From NCBI GenBank assembly GCA_002269645.1, contig NIVC01000092.1, positions 496,001 through 560,000 on the forward strand: a DNA stretch of 64,000 nt, in the 5' to 3' direction. Source of the stretch: Macrostomum lignano. Lineage: Eukaryota. A model generated the notes under the pieces. It did not search any database, was not told the origin of the DNA, and was given only the letters and a program-made list of their open reading frames with translations. Position 1 is the stretch's first letter; every line of letters starts with the position of its first letter. This document shows positions 62,140 through 64,000 of this stretch, piece after piece. Made by a program: the position numbers and the translations under genes.

Positions 62140-63785
62140 ATCAGCCGTGACCCTATAGACTGGGAATCAGCAATGACCCTATAGACTGGGAATCAGCAAT
62201 GACCCTATAGACTGAGAATCAGCCATGACCCTATAGACTGGGAATCAGCAATGACCCTATAGACTGGGAATCAGCAATGACCCTATAGACTGAGAATCAG
62301 CAATGACCCTATAGACTGAGAATCAGCAATGACCCTATAGACTGAGAATCAGCAATGACCCTATAGACTGAGAATCAGCAATGACCCTATAGACTGGGAA
62401 TCAGCAATGACCCTATAGACTGAGAATCAGCAATGACCCTATAGACTGGGAATCAGCAATGACCCTATAGACTGGGAATCAGCAATGACCCTATAGACTG
62501 AGAATCAGCAATGACCCTATAGACTGGGAATCAGCCATGACCCTATAGACTGGGAATCAGTGATGGCCCTATAGACTGGGAATCAGTGATGACCCTATAG
62601 ACTGGGAATCAGTAGTGACCCTATAGACTGGGAATCAGCAGTGACCCTATAGACTGAGAATCAGCCATGACCCTATAGACTGGGAATCAGCAATGACCCT
62701 ATAGACTGAGAATCAGCAATGACCCTATAGACTGGGAATCAGCAATGACCCTATAGACTGGGAATCAGCAATGACCCTATAGACTGAGAATCAGCAATGA
62801 CCCTATAGACTGAGAATCAGCAATGACCCTATAGACTGAGAATCAGCAATGACCCTATAGACTGAGAATCAGCAATGACCCTATAGACTGGGAATCAGCA
62901 ATGACCCTATAGACTGAGAATCAGCAATGACCCTATAGACTGGGAATCAGCAATGACCCTATAGACTGGGAATCAGCAATGACCCTATAGACTGAGAATC
63001 AGCAATGACCCTATAGACTGGGAATCAGCCATGACCCTATAGACTGGGAATCAGTGATGGCCCTATAGACTGGGAATCAGTGATGACCCTATAGACTGGG
63101 AATCAGTAGTGACCCTATAGACTGGGAATCAGCAGTGACCCTATAGACTGGGAATCAGCAGTGACCCTATAGACTGGGAATCAGCAATGACCCTATAGAC
63201 TGGGAATCAGCCATGACCCTATAGACTGGGAATCAGCCATGACCCTATAGACTGGGAATCAGCCATGACCCTATAGACTGGGAATCAGCAATGACCCTAT
63301 AGACTGGGAATCAGCCATGACCCTATAGACTGGGAATCAGCCATGACCCTATAGACTGGGAATCAGCAATGACCCTATAGACTGGGAATCAGCCATGACC
63401 CTATAGACTGGGAATCAGCCATGACCCTATAGACTGGGAATCAGCAATGACCCTATAGACTGGTAATCAGCAATGACCCTATAGACTGGGAATCAGCCAT
63501 GACCCTATAGACTGGGAATCAGCCATGACCCTATAGACTGGGAATCAGCCATGACCCTATAGACTGGGAATCAGCAATGACCCTATAGACTGGGAATCAG
63601 CAATGACCCTATAGACTGGGAATCAGCCATGACCCTATAGACTGGGAATCAGCAGTGACCCTATAGACTGGACTGGGAATCAGCAATGACCCTCTAGACT
63701 GGCCTAGGTAATCAGCTATGACCCCATAGACTGGCCTGGGAATCAGCCGTGACCCTATAGACTGGGAATTAGCCGTGACCCTAGA
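62140..63785. repeat. Minisatellite, 26-bp GACCCTATAGACTGGGAATCAGCAAT
   Basis: About 60 units, including a 494-bp (19-unit) block duplication. Confidence 0.96.
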
Positions 63786-64000
63786 TGTGCTTGACAGGTA
63801 TCCAACGGTCTAAGGCCCAACCATTTTATCGTTGTCCTTCTTTCGCTGAGCCGTGAGTGTAGCGAGTGTCTCCATAAGCTCCAAAGACAGGCTTGCATTC
63901 CAAATCTGCAGAATAAATTGAACGAAGGTATTTAAGCACTTAAAACACACGTTTATTTTTTTTTATTAATGCCTACATATGCGAGACGCGCATCGACATG

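Noticed and set aside
130-63785. CRISPR-like arrays
   Set aside because: Units are head-to-tail with no unique spacers, there are no cas genes, and the context is eukaryotic and spliceosomal.

Overview
This is a metazoan nuclear DNA window with GC-rich exons, GT-AG introns and an AT-rich, transposon-rich intergenic block at about 30-43 kb. I reconstructed seven protein-coding genes by hand from splice sites and reading-frame continuity: CFDP1/BCNT (intronless), two tandem DUF1757-like paralogs, ATG4 (-), TMEM214 (-), alpha-catenin (+) and NHE8/SLC9A8 (+). About 30 different minisatellites fill 17 of the 22 introns and flank the genes. Almost all long ORFs in the supplied track are repeat translations, not genes. 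Mobile elements include a non-autonomous hAT with an 8-bp TSD, two other TIR elements with 8-bp TSDs, a rearranged mariner, a deleted Gypsy LTR element, a LINE 3' remnant, a tRNA-derived CORE-SINE and a foldback MITE present twice. The architecture resembles the flatworm Macrostomum lignano; this is an inference, not verified. The most notable observations are: (1) two degenerate 28S rRNA H69-H71 fragments whose R2/homing-endonuclease target core is rewritten; (2) in-window evidence that minisatellites arise from transposon subterminal motifs; (3) a GGGCGATT core shared by four arrays, always antisense to the host gene; (4) tandem paralogs that share no intron position. All family assignments come from recalled motifs, and no database searches were run.
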